Shown: positions 14,821 through 31,495 of the stretch, piece by piece | How positions within the stretch are numbered: the stretch's first letter is position 1 | Layout: the number at the start of each line of letters is the position of its first letter | Assembly (NCBI RefSeq): GCF_009914755.1 | Contig: NC_060925.1 | DNA from: the human T2T-CHM13v2.0 reference genome, Homo sapiens | DNA: 64,000 nucleotides | Direction: 5' to 3' (one strand) | The notes under the pieces: model-generated | What the model saw: only the letters and a program-made list of their open reading frames with translations | The model's database searches: none | Told to the model about the DNA's origin: nothing | Made by a program: the position numbers and the translations under genes

Positions 14821-16437
14821 AACGCTATATATATATTTTTGAAGTTTCCTTGAGCCTAAAGTTTAGCAGAAAGTATTTCCGTATTTTGTATTGCATCTTA
14901 GCTTTCTATTGAAATAGATTGTTTTCAATGTCTATGTTGATCTCAGGCAAGTATTTGAGCCTTAAGTCTCAAGTAAAGGCAATTAGCAAATGTGAACCTG
15001 TTTGTACTGAATTGGGTTTTTCCTTTTCTGAAATTGTCAATGAAAAATTTGGGGTTCCAAGTAGCAAATTAAATTCCTGAGCAATTTTACCTGCGTAAGG
15101 TAATTATTCATGGTTTGAGAGAAAGGAATAAGATTGTATACCTATGTAACTGATATATTTTGTCTTAAGCATGTTTTCTTTTAGAGTTTAAAATATAATG
15201 CTTAATGTTTCTCATCTAACTTGGGTATAATAATGACAATCACTAAAACAGAATGCAGCTTGTCAAGCAATTTAACTTTAGAAAGGAATGTCTTTAAAGA
15301 AATTAGAAAAGCAGGAAGGAGAGGAAGAGATTGATTTATTAGTCTCCCTTAGTGTGTTCAAAATTTAACAATTCTTCCTGTCTAGAAATTGTTATATGTA
15401 GCTTTAATCTCTTCTACTACAATGCAACTTCATTTTCTCTTTTTATGTCTTGGAGGGCAGAGGGCCCCAAGAGTGTAAGAGAAGTTAAAGAATAACCAGC
15501 TCTACAACCACAATTGGGTAGTGTTGACACGACTATAAAATGAAAGCTATTCCACTTGTTCTATCACCCTTAAACTTTGGAAATAGTGTCCAATAGTGGA
15601 AAATTAAAAAAAGAAAAAAATAAAGCTTGCCTTGTTTTCCACAGGAAAAGGATCATGAGTCTGTCTCTCCATGATAGATTAGATCAATTGCATTTCTTTC
15701 AAAATCTTTTAAAAACAAAAGTGAAGTCTAAAAGTTTTATGTCATCATTGTGATATCAGTAACGTGTGACACTTAAGCAATTGATTCCTATGTTCATTTT
15801 GCTTTATTAATAATCCTTTGTATATTTTCTGACACATTATCCTGTTCATACTTTCATAATCACTTCAATTTTGAAGATAGTCTCATCGCAACATGTACTC
15901 ATGAGGGCCAGTTTCATCTGTTGGAGATTGAGATCATGTATCAGGAATACCCTTTGAGTTTTCGTGACCTTAAAAGCAATGTGAAATTGGATCACAATTA
16001 CAGAAAAATACCCAGTCTGTAACTATTTGTCTCAGACTTCTTAATGGTAGCTCTTGTACTTGAAATGAGTTAGAGAAGACTGTTCAACATTAAATCTTTT
16101 CTGTGGAACTTATTGAAGTACATTTGAAGTTTATTATTCTCTTAAAAGTCCTAGGAAGTTTTAGAGAAAATGCTGGTTCCAAGTATGTACTGTCTCTCAC
16201 ATGACATTTCTAATGATCCTCAATAATTGTACAGGGAATATTTTAAATATATCAATGTATTCACTATTTATGAGGCTTTTATTGCAAACAATGAATTGAT
16301 TTAAACATAGTAAAATGTCTAGAAATTATTAAAAACATAGGAAATATACACTATTATTATTCCAAGTTTTGGGGAAAATAAATAAGGCACATTGGTGTTA
16401 TGTCACTTATTAACCGGCAATTATTATTCTTCTCAGA

Positions 16438-16620
16438 TTTTTATGTTTTAGTTGTTGTTGTTGTTGTTTAATTTTAGAGACAGGGTCTGGCTCTGTCACC
16501 TAGGCTGGAGTACAAAGATACGATCATAGCTCACTGCAGCCTTGAACTCCTAGCCTCAAGCAATCCTCCCACCTCAGCCTCCCAGACAGTTGGAAATACA
16601 GGTGTAAACCACCAGGCCCC
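16438..16620 (-). mobile_element. FRAM / AluJ right-arm monomer
   Basis: AGAGACAGGGTCT..CTCACTGCAGCCTTGAACTCC..CAATCCTCCCACCTCAGCCTCCC. Confidence 0.85.
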
Positions 16621-19600
16621 ACAGATCTGTCCAAATTAATCATTAAATAAATCCTGAGTAGTAGAAGATTTGGGAGAAAAGCCTTTCTGCTTTTGTGTGA
16701 TCCCTGAAAGTCTGTCTAGAGAATAAATTTCCAGATGCCACACATGCACAAAAAAATTTACCTATAAATAAATTTATAAGTTTTTAAATAACATTTGCAA
16801 ATAATGTTTATTACCAAGCCATTTTATAATTTTGAGTTGAAATAAATTACATTGTTTACATTGTTTGTGATCTATGATTCTTTTTGCAACAGTCTCTTAC
16901 CAAGTAGTAATTACATACATTTTCTGAATTACAGTCTAAATTTTTTTTCAATTAGACCTTGCTAATTTTTTCTAGATTCTTGATTTCAAATATCAGCTAA
17001 TTACAACACTACATTTTCCATGAACTTTGTAGGTCCAACGTTTTGTCTGTAACTTGATAACCAATTTGAATTAATTTATTTTGGCATCTTATGGAATTAG
17101 TGTAAATGATCTTTCATTAAGGTGATATCAGTTTAAATCACAAAATTTAATTTCAGGAATGTAGCTCCATTCATCTATTTAATTCACTTATGCTAATACC
17201 TCAACATATGGAATAATAAGCAAACTATTGTTCATTAAAAAGTAGAAAAGTCAAAATAATTTTCTGATCTAATGGTTAGTAATATTGCTATAAGCTTTTA
17301 CTAGTTTCTACACAGAAAGTGACATAAAGCAAAGTCATATCAAGATAAGGCCTTTTCTTTTTAAACTATTGCCTGAAATTCTTTCCAAATAATTCAGCAA
17401 TTAGTCAGAAAACTACTAGTTTGATGGAATGTCATGTTGCAAAGATAATTATCACTATTACATCTAAAAATTATTTCTACAGTATGAATAGATTATGTCT
17501 CTAGTTGTCTACTGAGGAATCTTCATCTATAAATTTATGAGTATATTTTAATATAATGTCTATATTTTAAAGGTATGGACAGAAAGGAATTCTGTCCTGG
17601 TCTATGCACATGGGAAGCTCTTTTTTCTATCCCCAGAGGGTTCATGGGTTTTGGAGGTCAAGTCCAAAGCATGTGCTCTGTAAAATTCCCAGACTTGCCC
17701 TGAGCTCCCTCTGGAAGTCTAGTTATACATTTATAAGTGAGAAATTATAGCCAGGCCAGGTCACCTGCAAGACCCCACCATCTACTATGAGTCCCTATCT
17801 TTAATGCAGCTCTGATTTCCTCCTTAGAATATGGGTGTTGCACATTTAAACAACACATGATTCCATTTCCCAGCTATCAAGTTAGCAATATTTTACTGAA
17901 ATTGGAACACATAGTTGATATAAATACAATAGAATCAACACTTTAAAATATGAATAGTGGCAATTAATTGATAAACTCTCTAAAAATCGTCTTGGCAAGA
18001 TGCACTGAAAAGCTTAAAATGTTTGTATCATCTGAGACAATACATTTTATTTCTGGGAATATATCATAAAAAACTAGAGTACTGACTAAAAGTGTATTGA
18101 AAGGTGTTTATGACAGTGACATTTGCAATATTAAAATATAGGAATAACTTAAATATCCAACAAAATGGAACTGGGTAAATAAATTTTAGTATACCTGTAC
18201 GAGGAAAAGATATTACAAATAATTAAAATTTATAAGATTATTCATAACATGGGAAATGCTTTTAAATCAATGAAAACTGACCATTGAAAAAAAATCTTTA
18301 AAAAAGAATCACATAACTTTAGGAAGAATTGTATCTCTGTATGTGTGCATATCTGTATTTGTAGCTATTTCTATTTTTCTATCTAACTATATTTAAAACG
18401 CATGACAGCTATCAAGGAGAGACTATGACCAGTTTGTTCTTCTAAATTTCTTTACACTTCTAAAATTTTTCAAAATTGCATAAAATTAGATTACATTATA
18501 TTTACAATTACAAGAATCTTATTAAAAAATAGACTCAGCCCTTGGTAGTGGAAAAAGGAGTGTCCTTCATTAAGAAATGTATCCCTGTCTGAAATGCACC
18601 AAAAAACACTATCAAACTGCTTCCATATACTAGAACATTCCATCTCTTACTCCTGGGTGACAAATTTTGATACATTTGATAACTTGATTCATATAAGTAT
18701 TATCAATAATTGAGGCACTTAGATTCATGTATAACAAAATTTCCAATACTTCATTTTTGTCAAGTGTAAAATGATATGGGTAAGCTGAGAGTTTAAAAAA
18801 ACCTCAAAGAAGGTATGAAAATTATAATTAAGAAATAATTATAAAATCATGCAGAATTAGACCTTTATAATTCATCAAGTATAGTATAAACAATTTTTTT
18901 CTGTGAATTTTTTTTCAATGTACATTTTACATGCCTTCTTACAAACATTATTGACTTTGGAGGACTTGAATATGTAATGTTTGGAAACTAAACAGGAGTT
19001 TATTAGTTTCACTTAGAGTCTTTCAAACGAAGTCTTGGAGTTGTTAAAAGATCTTTGCTTTCATCCTAGAAATTATTGTGTTTTTTTTATATTGACACCA
19101 AGCTGGTAACTTTGAAAATGGAGGAATGTCTTAGGATAAGCACAACTTGGAAGCAGGCCTAACTGTTCAATTTTATCCAAATAACTAAAGTTAGTGGAAG
19201 GTAAATGGTTTCTATGGGGTGATTATGTTCATGGTAAACACCACATCTAAGATATTTATTTCAATGCTTTATAATTGAGTAAATATAGGTATGGAAAACG
19301 TTTATCAATTAATTGTATTGACTTAATATGTATGAAGTTTGCTCAACACCAGACACATGGTAGTACAGTGTTCTGCACATAATAGGATCAAGTTGAAAAG
19401 AATGTGGAAGGAATGAGTAAATGAAAGGCCTTTAATGAACCCGTTTCCTTCCTTTTCATCTCTGTTGATTCCTTAATTGATAGCTAAATCAAAAATTCAA
19501 ATCTGCACTGTGACATGGAAGATTTCATGTTTATAATAATACAAAACAAACAAACGAAATATATTTATTTTGGTTAACATAATTTAAAAACTTTCAGAGT

Positions 19601-22600
19601 AAAACAAATTCAGTTAGTAGGCACAATGCTGGTTTGTTAAATTCAAGTTTCAGGGGAAATGGAAATTCTTACATGTGCCTAGATAATAACCCTATAATAT
19701 ATATTTTCATGATTACAATAAAATTACTTATAGGCCCCTACAGTTACACTACTGAGAGCTGCAATCACAATGAATTTGCACAAAGAATGCAAATTTCATT
19801 TTTGCCAGAGTGATATGACTTACATCACATGTGGCTGTTATAGTTTTAATAGATGCTTAGCAACTGAATCTATAGCTTTTGTTTGGTAATGTCTATTTTA
19901 GGAAAAGAAGCATATTCAACCGGAACTAGGAAAAAAGCTTGTTTTTATATTGATTGATGCACATTAATTGTTTAAGAAGATATTTAAACATTCCCCAAGA
20001 CCATCTTTTGAATAAATCATTTGCTAAATCATAGGGATATAAAGCATAATAGAAGGGACTGAAATTCAACAAATGCTTATAATTTGAGTTCTATGTGCAT
20101 TTTAGATATGTGTTTGTGTGGGTAACAGAAACTGAATAATATATTTATCTTGGGATAGAACTGTCATCAGTAAGCTAAGAAACTAGAAATTGATATCTCT
20201 GCTTGGGTTAATTTGAAGATGATGTTGTGTTTGTTTGCAAATAATTTTTAAAGTAATGAACTACCCACTACACTACCTATAGGCTTTATTGAAAACTAAA
20301 AATGCAAAACAATTGAGATAATGATCATTTTCTTAAGAGGGAAATGAGAAATGGTTTTACTTTTCGTCAGGATGCCATTGCAGATTAAAGAAAAATGTGA
20401 TTTCATTGTATGCTACAAAGGAGGATGACATCAAAGTGTCCTCTTGGTAGCAAGCTAGCTATATAAACCACAAAAAGAGAGCTGCATTAAAAATACAATA
20501 CATTGAAACAGTAATTTTTCAATGCTATGTAAATACTGTGGACATTTTAAATTCAAAGATAAGCAGAATCAGCAGATAGTGATAGTTTTAAATTTGCTAA
20601 AAATCAATAGAAGAGCAGTAAAATGCAATTTTCCTAAACCGGGCTGTAACTTCAAGTGAGCTGAACCATTCTGATGCAACTGAGAGATTTTTTTTTTTAA
20701 ATAGGACTTAAGAAAATTGATTTAACATTGTTTCATTTTATTAGTGGTTGAGCAATATAAATGTGAAATGCTTTGAAGTAATCTGCATTATATTTTTATT
20801 AGCTTCAGAGCTTCTATATACGTATTTTATATTCTTTTCAAAAGCTTAAATAGTATTACATTCTAATTATTATTTGCAGATGGTATTTGTTTTTCTTGTA
20901 ATGACCAGTCAGAAATCATTTGTCTGAATTGCACGAAAAAGAATAATTTCCTGTTGAGTAGCAGTTACTCAGTATGCATTCTAGCTCTTGCTATCTCAGA
21001 GGGAAAGATTTAAATAATGTATGGTGGGTTCCTTTGTAATGAGGTGCTCTTTTTTTACGTTTTGTTGTGATTTTGTCACGTTAGAGGAAATGTCATTAAA
21101 GGGACACAAATCATATCAAGGATTTTATCAATGCTATATAATTGACCTATATATCTTTTAATGGGTGGGTGAATGTCATTCAAGGCTCTTGAGCATTTAA
21201 TTCAAATACTAAATTTAAGAACCACAAGCATATTGATGAGTTAGGAAAAGACAGAATTGTGTGGATAAAGCAAGACCTGGGTGAACAATCTTTCTTTCTT
21301 TCTTTCTCATTAAAGATTGATCTAAAGATTTTTTTGAGGTAGACTTATTTGATAGCCATAGTCACTTTTTGGTTCTCAGAGTGGTAATAAAGAAATCGCT
21401 CAATAAAACACAATTTCCCTTTTCTCTGTGTCTGGTATTCCGTTTCTCTTCAAATGCAGCTGTTTTCTTCATGCTTCTTTCAAATATGAAGACCATGAGA
21501 AAAACAAAACAAAACGAAACAGTTTCAGAAGAGCCCGGTAGCTTTTTAAGCCTTGAACTGAAATCTTGCTTTTAAGCATTATTTCTAAAATAGGCAATCC
21601 TGCAATAATAAAAATGAAAATAAAAAGTCTAATCAAAATTTAACAAAAGAGTAGGCTCCCTAAAGGTATCCTTCACTGTCTGTCACCTCTTTTCTTAAAT
21701 GTTTCCTAAATGTGAAATCTCTTGTATCATCTAGCACACTTGATTTCTTCAGTTATCGATATTTATTTTGTGCATTTCTTTTTATTGCCTACACATTTTG
21801 CTATTATGCCATGTCAGGCACTTTGTCAATTGACAGTATACGTAGCCTTGTATTTGGATACATATCTAGGAGGCATAATAAGTAGTAGCAACCCATAGAA
21901 CACAAATCAGAACTTCCTATGCCAGAAAAAAATGATTTACCAAAGTTCTATGATATTCTCTTAAGGTAAAACATTAGCATGTTAATTTTACCTGTTTTCC
22001 AAAGAGCATGCCATTATTATTGACATGCTACTGGCTTTATGGTCCCAGGATGCATGAATTATTAGTGTTGCCTGACATTTTTAAATTCCTAACTCTATAG
22101 CCTATAGCAGTACTTCCTGTTAGCTATTATGAGCTTTAAGAGTGCATGCTAGATGCTGATCAGTGATTGTTCAGTAATTCAGAGGTGTCAAATTCTCTCA
22201 TGGGTTAAAAAAAATGTTGGTTCTTTCTGGATTTTTATAAGACAATATATAAATAAAATTTTAACACACTGAATCTGATATCTAGAGGAGAGCCATCCTG
22301 ATTTTTGAAAAGAAACTGCACTTTCCTACCATTATTTTTCTAAGAAATAAAACCATACTATTCAAATGCATTTATTTATTTGATTGTAGTGCCTTTTTTC
22401 TCAAAACATTACAATGAAATATTATAACAGCACTATATCACACAAAATTGAATTTATCTCATTTTTTTAATCCAAAAAGTCCACCTAAATAGGAAAAATA
22501 ATGAGGATATTTAATTTATAGAAAGTTATGGTATATTTACAAGTTTTTAATGTTTCAAGAACAATATTCGGATCTTTTATTAGACTGAGTTTTTAAATGG

Positions 22601-23351
22601 TTGTTTGTTATAGAAAAATACAAACATTTGAAGCAATAAAATATTGAAATAGAAATATCAAAGACATATACTTTTATCTGAAACAATTTTTATCTTTTTT
22701 TATATTAACATTTTCAGTGTGAGAAGATGTTAATCTTTAAGTGAATCAATGCATTCTCAAATGCATCTGTGTTTGGAATTTTTAATTGGTAAAGAATCAC
22801 AATGGAAATATCTTATTTTCATTTTTTCCCTTTAATATCTATTAAGCCTGCCCTATCAGCAGGAAGCACTTGCAATTAGGAAACCTGTAATGAAACTCAG
22901 CACAATTAATTCCCTGTTAGTCTCTCATGCTAGATTTCTACTTCTGGATATGTTGCTAAGTTTTGGGTTTAGGCACTTGCCTTATATAGACTGACACCCA
23001 GCTCATCAAAGGACGTATTACAAAATCCCAGTGATTAGTTCCAGTGATTAGTTGAGAATCACATTTTCTAGCACTCTCCTATCGACAAACCCAATGGCTG
23101 ATTTTAAGCTCTTGTCTCAACTTATCTCTCTAAAGCATTTCAATCTATAGGACCATTTCCTATATCTTGAAATACTCTTCTCCTTTGGCTTCCATTCTTC
23201 TTGTTCTCATCTCATCCCATCTGTTCAACAATCCTTCTGAACTTTCTTTCTGCGTCCCTTCCCATTTCCCATTTTTTAGGTTCTATTCTTGGTACTATTC
23301 TCATTTATCCACCTGTAGAACATTTATGAAGTATTTACTATATAGAAAATT

Positions 23352-23664
23352 GGCTGTGCATGGTGGCTCACGCCTGTAATCCCAGCACTTTTGGAGGCCA
23401 AGGCAGGTGGATCACGAGGTCAGTATTTCAAGACCAGCCTGACCAACATGGTGAAACCCTTTCTCTACTGAAAATAGAAAAAACAGCTGGGCGTGGTGGT
23501 GCATGCCTGTAATCCCAGCTACTCAGGAGGCTGAGGCAGGAGAATCGCTTGAACCCGGGAGGCGGAGGTTGTGGTGAGCCAAGATTACACCACTGAACTC
23601 CAGCCTGGGCAACAGAGTGAGACTCTGTCTCAAAAAATAAAAAAGAAAAAAGAAAGAAAGAAAG
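23352..23664 (+). mobile_element. AluS (Sg-like) within L2-derived sequence
   Basis: Full dimer with the GGATCACGAGGTC 2-bp deletion and an A-rich tail. Confidence 0.92.
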
Positions 23665-24446
23665 TTGTATAAAAAACTCTGAGAGATTCAAAACTGTATA
23701 CAATAAGGATAATATCCTGAGGACTTTGACATTTAATGTGTAAATCATTCCAACTGGATATCAATGCTTGTCTTCTCTGTACTTCAATTCTACCTGGATA
23801 ATCTCACTATTCTCAAGACTTCAACCACAGTAAATAGTGACCATCCCTAACACTTCTATCTAGAGCTGTGCTTTCAGCTCCTTACTGGACATCTCCGCCT
23901 GCTTGTCTTCTAGGCAGTTATAATTCATTGTGTTACACATTAAATTTTCCCTCTACCAGCGCTCTTTCACATCCCCCAAAATCCTGGTTCATCTACTGAA
24001 TTCTCAGTCTTCAACGCTGCCACATGTTTTAACACTTCTCCAACCTCATACTGTCTAATTTATCCTTGAGTAGTGCCTTCTATTTCCTCTTTTATATTGA
24101 ATTCATTACCCCAGTTTGCTGATTTTTCTCAAAAAATTGTTTCTGAATATCAATCCTCATCACCATCTTTTATCTCGGTCCTATATCACCTCTCATCTGG
24201 ATAAATGGCAAAAGTTTCATATTCTATTTTCCTACCACATTTAGTAGTGGAAGTATAAGGGGCTTTGGAATCTTTCAAAAATGATTAAATGTACATGACT
24301 TGGTCATGTGATTTTGGATGGCTGATTGTTCTAAGCTTCAGTTTTCTCACCTATTAAATGAAGTAATCTGTGCATTTCAAATTCGTTGAAAAAATTAGGT
24401 AGTATCTTGCTAGAAAGTGATTAGCACAATTCCTGGCACATATTAA

Positions 24447-24473
24447 ACACACACACACACACACACACACACA
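24447..24473. repeat. (CA)n microsatellite
   Basis: Read directly from the sequence. Confidence 0.95.
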
Positions 24474-25502
24474 TTTGTTACTTGTTCACTGCAATTTATC
24501 CTGGACAACACTGTAAAAATTGTCTTCCTCTAAAAACTTATTTTTCTATTTAAAACCTTCAATGATTTCACATTGCCTACAACTCACAATTCACCTGGAT
24601 ATTCTAACACCAATTTACTTCTCTGACTTCACTTTCTACCCCTCCACTCCACGCACGATTTGATTCAGTTGCACCAACCTTCTCATCACTCAGAGCTCTC
24701 TAATCCCTGTGAACACTCTACACCTTACGCATACTGTTCCTACTCACTTCCTGGAAAGGTCTTCTCCCACTTCTCTTGGTAAAACTCCTACTCATCTCCA
24801 AGAACCAGCTCAAATGGCACATCTTTTGGAAGTCTTCCCTGAATCATCCAAGAAGGAATAGTTATCCTTCCACTTGTGTTTCTGGATCACTTTCTTTGCA
24901 AACATAATAGTATACTACTTTCTTGTGACTTTCCCTATATGAGTTTCAGTTTGCTGAACAACAATAGTAATAATTAGCATTTATAGAGTGCTTACTGTAT
25001 GTATGATCTTAAAGAATAAATTTATCTTGCTCATCTCATTTGGTCTTCACTACAACACAGTGAAGTAGATGCTATTTTATTCTTATTTTAAAGATAAGCA
25101 AAATGAAACTTAAAAGTTTGCAATCAATACAAAAGTACATCTATTAAATATCAACAAAAAATTTAAAGTTTGTAATTAGTCTGGGATGAATAACTTACAT
25201 AGATCTGACTTCACAGTTCACATATAATCACATATAATAATAAACATATATAATCATAGATTCCAATATTTTATGTTTGTGCACAAACCCCTTTGAGAAT
25301 ATAATAAAAGTAAAAGAAAATGCAATTTTCAGATCATGCAGAATTTAGTATACATCAGGTAGTTCATGGATCCTCTAAAACAGTTTTATAGACACTTAGA
25401 ATGCCATTGATCTAAAGATAGGACACTCTTCTTTACAGATAAAATTTTTGATTATGTAATCTGATGAAAAAGTATTCTCAAGCTTTTTTATTTGAAAATA
25501 AC

Positions 25503-25703
25503 ATTTATGGTTAATAACTAATTGCATATTTTCAAAAAGCTAAAAGAGAATTCTGAATGTTCATAACAGAAAGAAATGGTACACATTTGAGGTGATGGAT
25601 GGACTAATTACCCTGATTTGATCATTATACATTGCATACGTATATCAAAATATCACTCTGTATTCCATAAATGTGTACAATTATTACATGTCAACTAAAA
25701 AAA
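25503..25703 (+). mobile_element. L1MA 3' end
   Basis: TTTGAGGTGATGGAT..TAATTACCCTGATTTGATCATTATACATTG..AATATCACTCTGTA..CCATAAAT. Confidence 0.8.
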
Positions 25704-26188
25704 TCCACATTTCAAATACCAACCTTCAGTTATCCCCATAAAGTGGCCCATAAGGAACTTCTAACTTTTTACATTCTATGGAACAAAGCTTGAAAACCAC
25801 TGGGCTAAGGTAGTGACATGTTCAATCCCTCAGAAATGTTTAATTCTCTCCAGGTTGGACAGCATCATGAACTGTGCCTGACTTACCACTGTATTCCATA
25901 ATCTGCTTTTTAAAGGATGATTTACACAATCAAGCTGTTATCTGAATATTTAAATGAGGATGGGATTTAAAAGTGGAGTAAGATATATCTCCACAACTGA
26001 GGTAGATAGGGCAAATTACTTTTCGTCATGAAAACTGAGTAGCCTTGGCAAATAGCTGACACGAATGAAGATATGCTGATCTAGATTATTAAGACCACCA
26101 CTGGACATATTTGGATCAGTGCTCAAGCATGTGAATTATGAGTTAATCAGTAAATAAAATGAACAAAGTTGTGATTATATGTGGGTAG

Positions 26189-26521
26189 CAGAGGTTGCAA
26201 ATTGCCTGCCAGCAGACTCAATTTGGCCTACAAATATGTTGTTTGGCCAGCATAATATTTTTTAAAAATTTAAGCCAGTATTTAAACATCAGGATATTTG
26301 GTTTTTTTACATGAATCCCTGAGTTTCCAGCTTTCTCTTGAAAATTTGGAAGCTCTGACAATACTGGGCCCACATTCTCACATGGTGACAATTGGCTAGA
26401 ACTGAAAGCAGCTGTTCCCTCTACACAAGACATGTACTTTCTAGTACAGCACAACTCCCAGTAGACCCACTTCACACATATACCTGTACCTGCTTGTCCC
26501 CCATTAGGCAGTTGTAACCCT
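26189..26521 (+). mobile_element. hAT-Charlie element (MER102-like)
   Basis: CAGAGGTTGCAAA 5' end, TTGTTTGGCC, CTGGGCCCACATTC, TTGTAACCC 3' end. Confidence 0.65.
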
Positions 26522-28438
26522 AGAAGACTGGCCTAAAAATTTGAAGAGTTTATAGGAAACTGCTATTTTAAATAATGCATCATGTGCTGCAATGCCCCCC
26601 CACCAAAAAAAAAAAAAAAAGAAAACAAAAAAACATAAACAAACAAACAAACACCTCTTCTAGAGTGTAGGCTGGAAACATATACTTCTAGGTAGCCACT
26701 GAGGCTGTTATGACCCCCAAGAAATGTGAAAACAGAAAATTTTCACCTCTATTTATTTGGATTCATACCCGTTTTACTACGGAGAAACAAAAGGCTTGCA
26801 TTTTAGCCTATCAGTCAAAGGCAAATCAGTTCTGCAGGTAGTAGTGAAACAGCATGGAAGTCAGGTACTCTATGATGTGTGTGAAATCAAATCCAGAAGC
26901 ACAGTATACTTTTGGTGAATTAAGTTACAATTAGATGTAACTTTTAGTATTACACTATAAGAAAGAGGATGAGGTTGAGGTGGGGTTCAAACTTCTTCCT
27001 ATTCTCTTCATATTGGTATTCTTTCATTTGTGTTATCACTGTTGAATAAGAAAATATAATATAAGCAAGCAAAGCAAATGGGAAAAGATTTTATAATTCC
27101 ATGTTTTCTGGTTTCTATCTGGTGATGATGAACATGGTATCATTAAAATGGTCTAGTAGCTATAGTATTTCCAGTTATTCTAATCCTTATAATTCTACAA
27201 GGCTTTGAAGGAATTCTCTTGAGAAAAAAATAACTATATCACAGTTTAATTGTTTATAGTGACTAATCAACATAACACTAAATTTCTATTCATGGTGCTT
27301 TCTTGAATCTTAGACTAGACTATGTATTGGAGAACTGATTTGATTTAGGAGGAATCTGAGTCCTTAAATTATTATGGAAAAACCAGCTCACATTTCTTTG
27401 ATGTGTCACTCATCTTTCAGTAGCCCTGCTAATATTAGAGCACTTCATTTTTTTCCAAAGCACTTTCACATACTGGAAAGTTGCCTTCAGGTATTTCAAT
27501 TAAGTCAATTTTAGGATATTTAGCCTAATGGAAGTATGAACAAGGGTAGCTCAAATAGAAGGGCGACTGATTCAGGACTTTTCTTTCTGGTTCAGCAGTA
27601 CTTAAGGACTGCTGAGAGATTTAATAACTCTGGTAAGTAGTGACAGGAGAAATACTATCTAGGAAGACTCCAGAAATATGAGAGTTGTCATTTATATTAG
27701 ATCTTTGCCGTTTATGGATTTACCATTTGAAATCTGACTAGTCACGAGCTTTCCGAAAAGTTTATGATATTTTAAAGCTATGGTCATTTTTTCAAAACTC
27801 CAAATTTGAATTATTTTCTTTTAACTCTGGTAATGTGAAGAAGTCACTTAGCTAGTAAGTATTGTGAGTCACTGAGCATCATGCTCAATGCTGCTTGTCC
27901 TTCTCCAACCATCTCTGCCCATACAAAACATTTCTCTTAGAACTGTTTAAAGGAAACAACAAAACTCAGTTCCTTTGTGGAAAGAAAATATCCTCAAAAG
28001 AGAGAGGCAAAAGCGATTAAATTTCAGTGAAAGGATTTCTCAACTCAAACAAGCCAATGCTGCGCTAGCATTTCTATGTTTGTAAACTTGGAAATTGAAA
28101 ATCTCAAAAACTGAAAATTTTAGGAGTCTACTATCCTTTATAGGTACCCTTTAATACTTGTTCTCTTATATTTCAACAATGGAAATCGTTGAGCTTGCTA
28201 AAAGGCAAATTTAATCTTCACTTAGTCAAACAAAAAATATTCATTGAGTGCTTATTTATGCATGTCATGGGATTACAGAGATTAAAACAAAGCATTATTA
28301 CAAATAAGTTTCCTTCCAGAGATACTCCGCTCCCTCTTGATTTAAAGATCTCTGTATCTGATCATATATGTGATTGTCTGACTAGATTCTTTTCACCCCA
28401 CGCTTTTTATGGTGACTATTATTTTTTTAAAAAAACAA

Positions 28439-29327
<889 letters not shown>

Positions 29328-30616
29328 GATAATAGATGTATATGTGTGTATTTATGTATGTATACAATGTGGATTATTTTTTAAAAATACCCAAAAGCTA
29401 TTTTCTTCTGCTTTTGAAAAAAAGTTTCATTATTAGAAGTAATTGGTCATTTATTTTAAATTAACACTATAGCAAAAGGGGGAAAAGTTTTTTTAATACT
29501 AGAAATCTGAAAGATTTATTGAACTTGAATTACTCTGACCAAGTATGTAATTGTAACAATTTGGGAAATGTTTCAAAATTTGAATATAAATTTTACAGTT
29601 TTTCACACTACATCTACATAAAACCAGCAGATGTTGGCTGTGTGTGTTTGTGTTTATATACTTTACAAATAAATACTTAGCATTTATATAGCACCTTACA
29701 GAGCAGTCAAGCATCATAAAGTCATTCATTTTATCATTAAAGGAAATAGATGTCAAGAATAACTTAGAGTATATTTTTTATGTCATCAAAAGTCTAATTC
29801 TATAAAAGCTTGCAATAGAGAAGTGGGAGGGAAAAGGCTGCTCAGAGAAGCAGTCTTTAGGTTTTCATAAGTTAGGGAAGTGTGACTGTTACTTACAGTT
29901 AACATAGAACATATAAGAATTTTCTCCCCTATGTGATCTTGGAGAATATTGTTTCCATGAATAATAGAAGCTTAGAAAAAGAAAGAGAAAAGTCCCTAAA
30001 CACACCCATTATCTGACTTTACATGCTAAGAACAAATTTGACTGTCGGTTTATGAGGCAAGAGTCAGATCTAAGACCTCTGCCCCAACTGTACTCAGGAT
30101 GTCAATTGTCAACATACACATAGTCACAAGTCGAGAAGTGGAGTACCACAGACCTTAGCATCTGCATGCAAAGTAGCTAGATATGACACAAAAGTGGTTT
30201 CTTTCTTGGTTTTTCAGCTGGTAAAGGTAGATTTTATAAATTAAAAAGCACATCCCTTCATGGTTGTAGTAGACTTTTTTTAGTTCATCAGTGTAATAAT
30301 ATCTCCCTATCATAAAATATTAATTTTATTCAATCCAATTCATATGTGCTTTTCTCATTCATAGCTGGAATTCAGCTCTCCAGGTGGAAAGAGTTAATAT
30401 TTGAATAAGTGATTCCACCCATTTAAACATGAAGAAGTTGCCTTAATCTCTACATTTTCATGGTTGCCAATATTTTGATTAATTTCCATGACTTCTATTG
30501 ACTCTGATGCTTGAATAGGTTCTCCAGATCTGTAATATAAGTTATTCATATAGACCTAGAAATTATCAGTATATCTCCTATGAAGAAATACTTCATGTGA
30601 ATGTTAAAATACCTTA

Positions 30617-31002
<386 letters not shown>

Positions 31003-31257
31003 TCAGTTTATGAGTTAAAATAACACTAAAGTTAACTTTCTTGAAAGAACAATATGATTTACATATGCCAGGAACTCTAGACACATTAATTTTTTTACCA
31101 AACTCTTAGGAGAAATCAGTTGTATAAAATTTCATACAGAAGTAACTAAATCTTAATGTTAGTTACCAAAAAGCAGACATGACTCCTTTTAAATGTGCTT
31201 TCTTCATTTTGAAAAATAATTAGCACTAGAATGTTTTAGGTGTATTATTCCAAAGGA

Positions 31258-31495
31258 AGCAGTATAGCATGGTGATGAAGTTCAAAAAGTGCTCTTCAGT
31301 CAGATTGCTTTTTGCAAAGCCATGCTCTGACAATTCTAATGTTTTCTCTTGGGACTGTTTTCTATATATCAAATGGAAAAAAATAATAATACCAATCTCA
31401 CAGAGTGGATTGAGAATTAAACACTCCATTTAAGCTGAGCATTGTGCCTGGCACATGGAAAATGCTCCATACATTTTTGATATTAGAATAATAAC
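31258..31495 (+). mobile_element. MIR SINE
   Basis: GCAGTATAGCATGGTG..AATAATAATACC..TGAGAATTAAA..GTGCCTGGCACAT. Confidence 0.65.

Noticed and set aside
26595-26653. Orphan C-run plus poly-A/(AAAC) tract
   Set aside because: No TSD or retroposon body found; treated as low complexity.
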